NCBI GenBank assembly: GCA_037444825.1 | Contig: JBBILR010000014.1 | Span: 836 to 64,835, forward strand | DNA: 64,000 bases | Direction: 5' to 3' | Source of the DNA: Acidobacteriota bacterium | GTDB taxonomy: Bacteria; Acidobacteriota; UBA4820; DSQY01 | In this document: piece after piece, positions 1-7,401 of the stretch | How positions within the stretch are numbered: position 1 is the stretch's first letter | Layout of the letters: every line of letters begins with the position of its first letter | The notes under the pieces: model-generated | What the model was told of the DNA's origin: nothing | Database searches by the model: none | The model's input: the letters and a program-made list of their open reading frames with translations, nothing else | Made by a program: the position numbers and the translations under genes

Positions 1-226
1 GGGCCTCCAGCACCTCGAAGCCGTCGGGGGGGGGCATGTGGAGGTCCAGCAGGAGGAGGTCCGGCTGGAAGGCGGCCACGAGGGGCACGGCCTCCCGGGA
101 GTCGGTGATGGACAGGGTGTGGTTGAACCCCTCCGAGGCGAGGAGCCGCTCCAGCAGCCGGATGTTGGGCTCCTCGTCGTCCACGATGAGGATCCGAGCC
201 TCCCGAAGCCGCTCCTCGGAAATCAT
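1..226 (-). CDS. Response regulator, CheY-like receiver domain (first 75 codons only; gene continues beyond window start)
   Basis: Absent from the ORF track because it runs off the window. Reverse-strand ATG at 226-224 gives MISEERLREARILIVDDEEPNIRLLERLLASEGFNHTLSITDSREAVPLVAAFQPDLLLLDLHMPPPDGFEVLEA, with the acidic DD pair and the phospho-acceptor D in LLLLDLHMP. The ATG overlaps the kinase stop (CCATGA, 228-223). Confidence 0.8.
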   Translation of the reverse strand, partial: MISEERLREARILIVDDEEPNIRLLERLLASEGFNHTLSITDSREAVPLVAAFQPDLLLLDLHMPPPDGFEVLEA

Positions 227-2088
227 GGGACCCCTCCCGCGGCGCCCCGGCCGGCCTTTTCCTCCCCCAGGGCGTCGTCCAGGGCCTCCAGGAAGCGCCC
301 GATGTCCAAAGGCTTCGTGAGGTAGGCCGAGACGCCCCGCTCCAAGACCCGGGAGACTTCGTGGGGCATGGCGCTGGCGCTGACCACCACCACGGGGGGA
401 AGGGACGCACCCTCCCGCTGCAGGGCTTCGAGGATCTCCAGGCCGTTTCCGTCGGGCAGGTGGAGGTCCAAGAGCAGCACGGAGGGCCGCTGGCGAAGCG
501 CCTCCTGCAACCCCTCCCGGACGGTGGCGGCGACGCGGAGGGTGAGTTCCGGCCGTCGCTCCAAGATTCTCCTCACGAGGGCCACGTTGGCCCCGTCGTC
601 CTCCACGTACAGGACGCTTCTCCTCGCCTCCCGGGCGGCGGTCTCCGCAAGGGAGAGGGTCCCCGCCGGTCCGCGGGCAATGCCCCCTTCCTCCCGCCCG
701 GCCGGAGCGGTCGGGAGAAGGAGGGTGAAACGGCTCCCCACCCCGGGCGTGCTCTCCACCCTCAGGTCGCCCCCCATGAGGCGGGCCAGCTTCCGGGAGA
801 GGGAGAGGCCGATTCCGGTCCCCGGGATCCCCTTCCGGTCGGCGTCGAGACGCTCGAAGGGCTCGAAGATCCGCTCCGCCTCCCCGGCCTCCATGCCGGG
901 CCCCGTGTCGGCCACCGAGAGGGCCACGAGGTCCCCCTCCCGCCGGACGGCCACCCGGACCTGGCCCTCCTCCCGGTTGTACTTCACGGCGTTGGAGAGG
1001 AGGTTCAAGAGGATCTGCCGAAGGCGGACGGGGTCTCCCACGGCCCAGGGGACCCTCCCTTCGGGCGGTTCCGCAATCAGGGCCACGGAGCGCTCCCGGG
1101 CCGCGGGCCCCAAGGTCCGCAGGCACTCCTCCAGCAGGGGGGCGGGATCCAAGGGGACGGTGGCCACCTCCAGCCGTCCCGCCTCCACCCGGGCGAGGTC
1201 GAGGATCTCTCCGATGAGGCCCAACAGGTGCCGGGCGGAGCCCAGAACCGTCTCCAGGGCCTCCCGCTGGCCCGCCGTGGGCGGCTCCCTCCGGTCGGTG
1301 AGGAGGAGCTCCGTGAAGCCCAAGATGGCGTTGAGGGGGGTCCTCAGCTCGTGGCTCATGCGCGAGAGGAACTCGGACTTGGCCCGGTTGGCCCGCTCCG
1401 CCTCGGACCTGGCCCGCTCGAGGTCCTCGAGGGTTCGGCTCCGCGCTTCCGACTCCTCCGCCAGGCGCCGGGCGGCGGCGGAGATCTGCTGGTTTTTCCG
1501 GAGGAGAAGCCGCTCGTAGTCCCCCCGGAGCACCTCGAAGGCGTAGATGAGGAGGGAGACCACCACGTAACTCACGAAGCCCTGGCGGAGGACCGCCGGC
1601 GGGTAGGGGAGGACCACGAGCCCCGCCTCCGAGAGCGCGAACGCCCCGCCCAGGAGGACCATGCTGGCCCCCACCCAGGCCCAACCTCCCCGGCTTCCCT
1701 TGAGGTAGAAGGCCGCCGCCGGCATACAGAACCACCAGAAGAGGCCCGTCCCGGCCACGCCTCCCGAAAAGAGCAGGGCCGCCAGGAGGCCGAGGGTCAG
1801 GCACAATCCCAGGTTCACGGCCAGCCGGAGGTTCTGGGTGAGGCGCAGGAAGAGAAGGAGCCCCAGGGTGAGCCCCCCGAAGATCAGTTCGACGACCCCT
1901 AGGAGCGGCTTGACCTCCCATTCGGGGCCCAGGAGGTGGTAGAGGCCGAAGACCACCATGGCCAGGAGGTTGATGAACCCGAAAATGTTCAGGTAGGTGC
2001 CCCGGCGCAGGCCGGCGCTCCGGCCGGAGGAGAGGGCTTTCGCCTCCTGCCGGTCCTCGGGCGGACGGACTTCCCATTCCTCCGCCAC
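223..2088 (-). CDS. Hybrid sensor histidine kinase (multi-TM N-terminus, HisKA, HATPase_c, C-terminal receiver)
   Basis: C-terminal part of the 223..3999 track ORF. H-box SHELRTPLN, N-box LLSNAVKYN, G-boxes DTGPGM and GTGIGLSL, and a receiver with VLYVEDD and LLLDLHLPDGNG. About 6 hydrophobic helices lie N-terminal. Start chosen at GTG 2088, 6 nt after SD GGGAGG; ATG 1959 would cut a helix. Confidence 0.85.
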   Translation of the reverse strand: MAEEWEVRPPEDRQEAKALSSGRSAGLRRGTYLNIFGFINLLAMVVFGLYHLLGPEWEVKPLLGVVELIFGGLTLGLLLFLRLTQNLRLAVNLGLCLTLGLLAALLFSGGVAGTGLFWWFCMPAAAFYLKGSRGGWAWVGASMVLLGGAFALSEAGLVVLPYPPAVLRQGFVSYVVVSLLIYAFEVLRGDYERLLLRKNQQISAAARRLAEESEARSRTLEDLERARSEAERANRAKSEFLSRMSHELRTPLNAILGFTELLLTDRREPPTAGQREALETVLGSARHLLGLIGEILDLARVEAGRLEVATVPLDPAPLLEECLRTLGPAARERSVALIAEPPEGRVPWAVGDPVRLRQILLNLLSNAVKYNREEGQVRVAVRREGDLVALSVADTGPGMEAGEAERIFEPFERLDADRKGIPGTGIGLSLSRKLARLMGGDLRVESTPGVGSRFTLLLPTAPAGREEGGIARGPAGTLSLAETAAREARRSVLYVEDDGANVALVRRILERRPELTLRVAATVREGLQEALRQRPSVLLLDLHLPDGNGLEILEALQREGASLPPVVVVSASAMPHEVSRVLERGVSAYLTKPLDIGRFLEALDDALGEEKAGRGAAGGVP

Positions 2089-2133
2089 CTCGACCCTCCC
2101 GGCCCCCCCGGGCCTCCGCGTGCCGCTGGACCC

Positions 2134-2162
2134 AATGTAGGCCCTGTCCACGAGAGGGTCAA
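2134..2162 (-). promoter_or_regulatory. Putative sigma70-type promoter of the kinase/regulator operon
   Basis: The reverse strand reads TTGACC (2162-2157), a 17-nt spacer, then TACATT (2139-2134), about 45 nt upstream of the GTG start at 2088. Confidence 0.4.
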
Positions 2163-2303
2163 GAAACTGGATACTCGGTTCTCCTGTCCGCGGCTGGAAG
2201 GAGGGGAGGGCCCGAGCCCCCTTTTTCCCCTCCGCCGGTTTCCAAGGGATGGGGGTGCGCTCGTGGCCATCGGGGACGCGGGCCTGCCGTGGCGCGTCGC
2301 GGT

Positions 2304-3779
2304 TCAGTCGTAGGGGACGAGGGTGACCCGGCAGGCGGGGCCGTCGAAGACCATCTTGTAGTCGTTGAGGACGTCCCGCCCGAGGATGCCGTACAGCGGG
2401 ACGGGGAAGCGGTCGGGGATGTCGGTGACGAAGATCACCCGGCGCTCGTACCGGCGCGGACCTAACTCGAAGAAGACCTGCTCCGCCACGCCGGAGGTGA
2501 AGCCCCCCGACTGGCCCAGGCCGTAGAGTTTTCCGTACTTGCCGGTGTTGGCGCGGATGCCGATCCGGGCGGCGAAGCGCCGGGAGAGGAGGGTGAGGGG
2601 AGCCCCGGTGTCCAGCAGGAAGGGAAAGGGGCCCCTTCCGGCCAGCTTCACGGGGACGAGCGGCACCGCACGGTACCAGAGGACGGGCAGGGTGAACCCC
2701 TCCTGGCCCAGCAGGGTGGAGGGGGGCGTCCCCGGGGGGTGGACCTCGAAGACGCCCCCGCGGCGGTCGTAGAGGACGCAGGCCGAGAGGAAGGGCCAGA
2801 GGCCCACGTAGCCCGCCTTGTTGCTCCAGAACTCGCTGTCCCGGGGGTTTTCCAGGGCGGGGACCTTTTCGGCCCGCATCCCCGCGATCTCCAGGGAATC
2901 GAGGATCACCACCGGGCGGGCCTGGGTGCCGCGGTACCCCCACCCCTCCACGGCCGACCGGCCCACGGGGGAAAGGCCCATCCGGCGGCTCGAGTCTTCG
3001 TTGAGGAGCAGGGATTCGCTGCCGGTGTCGAAGGCCATCCAGGTCCCTCGCGTCCCGTTCAGGGTCACCCGGAGGGAAGGCTCGCCGTAGATCTCCCTCA
3101 CGGCGGTCTTCCCGGGGAGTTCCAGGCGGGGCCGGCGGCCGCCCCCCGCCTCCAGGATGGCGGTCCAGAGGGCCACTTCGTTCCGGAGGTCCTCTCGCGC
3201 GGGCAGGCGGGCCAGGAGCCCTTGGAGGCGGGAGAGGCGCCGGGCGGGGTCGGGGTCGGTCCGCAGGGCCGCCGCCTCCGCGGCGGGGGGGACGGGAAGA
3301 CCCGAGAGCCGGGCCTCGGCGACCCAGGCGGCCACCGTTTCCTCGTCTCCCCGAGCCAGGGCGGCCGCGGCGGCCTTCTGGAGAGCCTTTTCGGACCACG
3401 CGGGATCGCCGAAGGCCGTGCGGTAGGATTCCAGGGCCCCCCGGACGTCGAAGGAGAAGAACCGGAGGTCGCCCAGGAGGAGGGCCGGCTCGGGGTGGCC
3501 GGGGAAGCGGTGGGCGAGATCCTCGGCCGATGCCAGCGCCTCGGGCCAGAGCCCCCGTTCCAGCAGGACTTTGGTGCGGGCGATGGCGAGGCGCAGGTCG
3601 CCGGGGTCGGCGGCGGCCAGGGCGTCCAGCAAGGGGGCCGCCTCGTCGAACCGCTGTTCCTGCAAGAGGGCCAGGGCCCGGGCCCGGGTCTCCTGGGACG
3701 GGGGGACCTGGCCCTGGAACCCCCCCAAAGCCCACAGAAGGACTCCGGAAAGCCCCAAGGCCCATCGTCGGGTGACCAC
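2304..3779 (-). CDS. Secreted protein: N-terminal TPR-like helical region plus two tandem retropepsin-like aspartic protease domains
   Basis: 491 aa. Signal-like N-terminus MVTRRWALGLSGVLLWALGG. Two D-T-G active-site motifs in hydrophobic context (WMAFDTGSESLLL and FPFLLDTGAPLTLL), each followed by an ILG-type flap region (YGILGRDVL). SD GGGAGG lies upstream of the GTG. Confidence 0.7.
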   Translation of the reverse strand: MVTRRWALGLSGVLLWALGGFQGQVPPSQETRARALALLQEQRFDEAAPLLDALAAADPGDLRLAIARTKVLLERGLWPEALASAEDLAHRFPGHPEPALLLGDLRFFSFDVRGALESYRTAFGDPAWSEKALQKAAAAALARGDEETVAAWVAEARLSGLPVPPAAEAAALRTDPDPARRLSRLQGLLARLPAREDLRNEVALWTAILEAGGGRRPRLELPGKTAVREIYGEPSLRVTLNGTRGTWMAFDTGSESLLLNEDSSRRMGLSPVGRSAVEGWGYRGTQARPVVILDSLEIAGMRAEKVPALENPRDSEFWSNKAGYVGLWPFLSACVLYDRRGGVFEVHPPGTPPSTLLGQEGFTLPVLWYRAVPLVPVKLAGRGPFPFLLDTGAPLTLLSRRFAARIGIRANTGKYGKLYGLGQSGGFTSGVAEQVFFELGPRRYERRVIFVTDIPDRFPVPLYGILGRDVLNDYKMVFDGPACRVTLVPYD

Positions 3780-3854
3780 GGCTGCGCGCCTCCCGCTTCT
3801 TCAGCGGCCGGGGAGGGGAGGGGCTTCCCCCCGGCCCCGCTTTCCCGTAGGGAG

Positions 3855-3860
3855 TATAAT
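3855..3860 (+). promoter_or_regulatory. Consensus -10 hexamer TATAAT upstream of the tolQ-like gene
   Basis: A perfect TATAAT sits 24 nt upstream of ATG 3884. No convincing -35 element (CGGCCC at the 17-nt spacing). Confidence 0.3.
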
Positions 3861-3883
3861 CTCCCCTTTGGTAGGAGGTGCCG

Positions 3884-4597
3884 ATGGTCCTTCCCCTGGC
3901 CGCCGCCAGCATCACCGAAATGCTCGCCCACTCGGGAGTCGTGGCCAAAGCGGTCCTGCTCGTTCTGCTGGCCTTCTCCCTGGTCTCCTGGACCATCATG
4001 ATCGACCGTTTCGTGAACTACCGGCGCCTGCGCCGGCGGTCGCAGGACTTCTACGAGGTCCTCCGCAACGCCCAGCGGATCACGGACATGCTGGTGGCCG
4101 CCAAGTCGGCCAAGGACTCGCCCCTCCGGGAGATCTTCCTGGAGACCTACCGGGAACTCCACGACCAGGTGAAAGACCAGGCGGGGACGGGGGGCGCCTC
4201 CTCGGGGGCGGGTTCGGAGGGGCGGCCCCAGATCCGCCACGGCGAGAACCTGGAGCGGACCATCGAGCGGGTGATGCGGGACCAAACCATTCTTTTGGAG
4301 GCGGGCCTGGCCTTCCTGGCCACCTGCGCCACGGCCACCCCCTTCATCGGCCTCTTCGGAACCGTGTGGGGGATCATGGAAGCCTTCCGGGCCATCGGGG
4401 TTTCCGGCAGCGCCACCCTGGCCTCGGTGGCCCCCGGCATCTCCGAGGCGCTCGTCACCACCGCCGCCGGCCTCTTCGCCGCCGTCCCGGCCCTCATCGG
4501 CTACAACCTCCTGGGCCGCAAGGTGAAGACCTTCCACGCCTACATGGAGCAGTTCGGCTTGGACCTCACCAACTTCCTCATGAACCGCTTTGCCTGA
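3884..4597 (+). CDS. MotA/TolQ/ExbB family proton-channel protein
   Basis: Three TM segments and the family signature TATPFIGLFGTVWGIMEAF...PGISEALVTTAAGLFAAVPA. ATG 3884 lies 5 nt after AGGAGG; the track start at GTG 3878 falls inside the SD. No ExbD/TolR/MotB partner gene is adjacent. Confidence 0.85.
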   Translation: MVLPLAAASITEMLAHSGVVAKAVLLVLLAFSLVSWTIMIDRFVNYRRLRRRSQDFYEVLRNAQRITDMLVAAKSAKDSPLREIFLETYRELHDQVKDQAGTGGASSGAGSEGRPQIRHGENLERTIERVMRDQTILLEAGLAFLATCATATPFIGLFGTVWGIMEAFRAIGVSGSATLASVAPGISEALVTTAAGLFAAVPALIGYNLLGRKVKTFHAYMEQFGLDLTNFLMNRFA

Positions 4598-5486
4598 GAC
4601 CCGCCGCGAAGGCCTCTTCGCCGCCCTGGCGGCGCTGGAGGGGCGCGTCCGGCCCCAGGGCCTTGAGACCGACCCGGTCCGCTTTCCCCGGCGGTTCCGG
4701 GACCGGGACGACCGGGAGGCCGCCGCCCTGCTGGCCGCCCTGTACGCCTACGGCCACGTGAGGTCCATGGGGGCTTTTCTGGAAGGGCTCTTCGGCCTTC
4801 TGGGACCCCGTCCGGCCCGGGTCCTTCGGGAAGGGCCGCACCCCCCGGTCCCCGCCTACCGGTTTCAGACCTCCGCCGACGGCCGGGCCTTGCTCCACGG
4901 GGTGGGGCGCCTGTTGAGGCGCCACGGTACGTTGGAGGCGGCCTTCGCCGCCGGGGCAGGGGACCCGGAGGAGAGGCTGGAGGCCTTCGCGCGGAGTCTT
5001 CGGGAGGCCTGCGGCAGAGATTCGGCGGGCCTCCGCCACCTCCTGCCCCTGCCCTCGAGCGGCTCGGCCTGCAAGCGGTGGCGGCTCTTCCTGCGGTGGG
5101 TGGTGAGGCCCGACGACGGCGTGGACTTGGGGCTCTGGACCGTCCTTCGCCCCGCGGACCTGGTGGTCCCCCTGGACACCCACCTCGCGCGCCTGGCCAG
5201 GGTCCTGGGCCTCTCCCGCCGCCGGAGCGACGACGCCGTCCGGGCGCGGGAGGTCACGGAGGCGCTGAGGGCCCTCTGCCCCCAGGATCCCCTCCGCTTC
5301 GATTTTCCGCTGGCCCACGCCGGCATCCAGAAGCTGTGCCGGGGGCGCTTCGACGCCTCCGCCTGCCCCGCCTGCCCTCTCCGGCCCCACTGCCCCGAGG
5401 GCGCGAGGGCCCGGCGGGGGGCCCTCCCCCAAGGGCGCGGGAGCCCCCAGGGCGGGAGGGCGGGGTCAGGAGCCCGCCGCCGCTGA
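4590..5486 (+). CDS. TIGR02757/DUF2400 family protein (HhH-GPD glycosylase-like with a 4-Cys cluster loop)
   Basis: KRWRLFLRWVVRPDDGVDLGLW and VPLDTHLARL match my memory of the DUF2400 family. The C-terminal CRGRFDASACPACPLRPHC has C-X8-C-X2-C-X5-C spacing, like the Fe-S cluster loop of EndoIII/MutY. The TTG start overlaps the tolQ stop and is uncertain. Confidence 0.65.
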   Translation: MPETRREGLFAALAALEGRVRPQGLETDPVRFPRRFRDRDDREAAALLAALYAYGHVRSMGAFLEGLFGLLGPRPARVLREGPHPPVPAYRFQTSADGRALLHGVGRLLRRHGTLEAAFAAGAGDPEERLEAFARSLREACGRDSAGLRHLLPLPSSGSACKRWRLFLRWVVRPDDGVDLGLWTVLRPADLVVPLDTHLARLARVLGLSRRRSDDAVRAREVTEALRALCPQDPLRFDFPLAHAGIQKLCRGRFDASACPACPLRPHCPEGARARRGALPQGRGSPQGGRAGSGARRR

Positions 5487-6908
5487 TCCTTCGGCCATGT
5501 CCAGCGGGATCTTGTGGCGCTCGAAGAGGGCCCGGAGGCCCGCCTTGTCCACGCTCTTGACGTAGGCCTCCTTGGGATCCACCACGTTCCGCTTCACCAG
5601 GTCCAGCAGGGAGTCGTTGAGGGTGGTGTTGCCCTGGGCCTTCTGCGTCTGCATGAGGGAAGGGATCTGGAAGGTCTTGCCCTCCCGGATGAGGTTGGAT
5701 ATGGAGGGGTTGACCAGGAGGACCTCCAGGGCGGCGACGCGCCCGCCCCCGATCTTCCGGCACAGCGTTTGGGCGATGACGCCCTTGAGGCTCTCGGAGA
5801 GCATGACCCGCACCTGGGCCTGCCGGTCGGCGGGGAACTGGTCGATGATCCGGTCGATGGTGGAAGGGGCGGTGGTGGTGTGGAGGGTGCCGAAGACCAA
5901 ATGCCCCGTCTCGGCGGTCTCCAGGGCGATGGCGATGGTCTCCAGGTCCCGCATCTCCCCCACGAGGACGATGTCGGGGTCCTCCCGGAGGGCCGCCCGC
6001 AGGGCCCGCTTGAAGCTCTGCGTGTGGACCCCCACCTCCCGCTGGTTGATGAGGCATTTCCGGTTGGGATGGACGAACTCCACGGGGTCCTCGATGGTGA
6101 CGATGTGGTCGGTCCGGTGGTGGTTGATGAAGTTCACCAGAGCCGCCAGGGTGGTGGACTTCCCCGACCCCGTGGGCCCGGTGACGAGGACGAGGCCCTT
6201 GGAGAGCCAGCAGAGGTCCACCACCGGCTGGGGAAGCCCCAGAGCCTCCACCGTGGGCACCTCCGAAGGGATCTGCCGGAAGACCGCCCCCATCCCCAGG
6301 CGGTCCTGGAAGAAGTTCACGCGGAAACGGGCCAGGCCTTCGATGGCGTAGGCGAAGTCGGTGTCGCGGGTCTCCTCGAACTCCTCCCGGTTGCGCAGCG
6401 GGCAGATGGGGAGGAGGAGCCCCCGGACCTCCTCGGCGGTGAGGGCCGGCCTTCCCTCCAGGCGCACCATGGTGCCGTCCACCCGAAGGAAGGGCGGCTC
6501 CCCCGTGCTGACGTGCAGATCCGAGGCGCCGCGGCGGACCATCTCGTACAGGAGCGCGTCCAGGGGGCCCGCGCCGGGGGGCGCCCCGGCCTGTGCGGCG
6601 GCATGGCGCGCCGGCTCGGGCACGGCGGGGACGATCCGGGCCAGGAGGCCCGAGGCGGTGAAGTCCACGGTGACGCCGTAGGCCCCGTAGGAGAAGCGGC
6701 AGGGGCGCAGTTCGTCCAGGGCCGGGACGGCCTCCGCGGGGGCCATCTCCTTCAGGAAGGCCAGGAGGGTGGCCTGGGGCAGGGCCTGCTTGGCCACGGT
6801 CCGCATCCCCGCGGCCGTCTCGAAGTAGGGGACCTCCCCCGCCGGAAGGACGAGGGCGGCGGCGCCGGCCGGGCCCATGGCGGAGAGAAGCTTATCCAGC
6901 GTGGCCAT
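5466..6908 (-). CDS. pilT: Type IV pilus retraction ATPase PilT family, with ~115-aa N-terminal extension
   Basis: Walker A GPTGSGKST, Asp box HIVTIEDPVEF, Walker B DPDIVLVGEMRD, His box GHLVFGTLHT, and the PilT motif AQTLCRK...GGRVAALEVL. SD GGAGG lies 6 nt before the ATG. Confidence 0.9.
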   Translation of the reverse strand: MATLDKLLSAMGPAGAAALVLPAGEVPYFETAAGMRTVAKQALPQATLLAFLKEMAPAEAVPALDELRPCRFSYGAYGVTVDFTASGLLARIVPAVPEPARHAAAQAGAPPGAGPLDALLYEMVRRGASDLHVSTGEPPFLRVDGTMVRLEGRPALTAEEVRGLLLPICPLRNREEFEETRDTDFAYAIEGLARFRVNFFQDRLGMGAVFRQIPSEVPTVEALGLPQPVVDLCWLSKGLVLVTGPTGSGKSTTLAALVNFINHHRTDHIVTIEDPVEFVHPNRKCLINQREVGVHTQSFKRALRAALREDPDIVLVGEMRDLETIAIALETAETGHLVFGTLHTTTAPSTIDRIIDQFPADRQAQVRVMLSESLKGVIAQTLCRKIGGGRVAALEVLLVNPSISNLIREGKTFQIPSLMQTQKAQGNTTLNDSLLDLVKRNVVDPKEAYVKSVDKAGLRALFERHKIPLDMAEGSAAAGS

Positions 6909-7383
6909 TGGGTTCCTCCAAGATTCGCACCGTCACCACGTGGCGCAGGTTCACGAGGTACAGGTCCCCCTCGGCCTCCAGGTGGAGGAAGCGGACCCGC
7001 CGGTTGAGGAGGTCGGAGACCCGCCGCTCCCCCACGGGGGCGATGGCGTAGACGGTGCCGTCCAGGGGCTCCCCGTCGGCGAAGACGCACCGGATCTTCT
7101 TGGCGGGGGCCGCCTCCCGGTCCCGGTAGAAGATCCACTCCGTTTCCCTCGGGTTCTCCACCTTCACCCACCGCACGGCGTCCTTCCGGAGGAAGACCGG
7201 CTCGCCGTCCTCCTCCTGGACGGGGAAGAAGGGGGCGGGCCGCTCCAGGAGGTCCGAGACGGTCTCCGGCCCGCCGTGGCCCTCCGCCCGGTCCGCCAGG
7301 AAAACCGTCCGGACCGAGACGGGAAAGGGCGGCACCAGGACCACCACCGTGCCCCTCCCTTTGGGGATCTTGAAGGATTCCAT
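6892..7383 (-). CDS. Hypothetical protein with an internal two-fold repeat
   Basis: 163 aa, with SD GGAGG 5 nt before the ATG and high GC3. The two halves share (T/R)VSDLL(E/N)R...F...E(D)G(E/D)..(F/Y)L...(A/H)V..V.(V/I). No family recognised. The 3' end overlaps the pilT start by 17 nt. Confidence 0.6.
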   Translation of the reverse strand: MESFKIPKGRGTVVVLVPPFPVSVRTVFLADRAEGHGGPETVSDLLERPAPFFPVQEEDGEPVFLRKDAVRWVKVENPRETEWIFYRDREAAPAKKIRCVFADGEPLDGTVYAIAPVGERRVSDLLNRRVRFLHLEAEGDLYLVNLRHVVTVRILEEPNGHAG

Positions 7384-7401
7384 GGCTCCCTCCTCGGAAG
7401 G

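Noticed and set aside
36-325. Two overlapping + strand ORFs (94 and 95 aa) at the window start.
   Set aside because: The reverse strand here encodes a clean CheY-like receiver domain and the end of the kinase. The + frames are R/S/P-rich and lack an SD.
223-3999. A single 1258-aa reverse-strand ORF in the track.
   Set aside because: Only the C-terminal ~621 aa (223-2088) look like a protein, the hybrid histidine kinase. The N-terminal two thirds are R/P/G-rich, off-frame readings of the real aspartic protease gene (2304-3779, a different frame). A promoter plus SD plus GTG at 2162-2088 explains the true start.
3884-4597. The MotA/TolQ-like gene as part of a Zorya-type or other MotAB-like defence system.
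   Set aside because: There is no ZorB/MotB-like partner, no large ZorA-style C-terminal tail (the protein is only ~237 aa), and no nuclease or helicase genes nearby.
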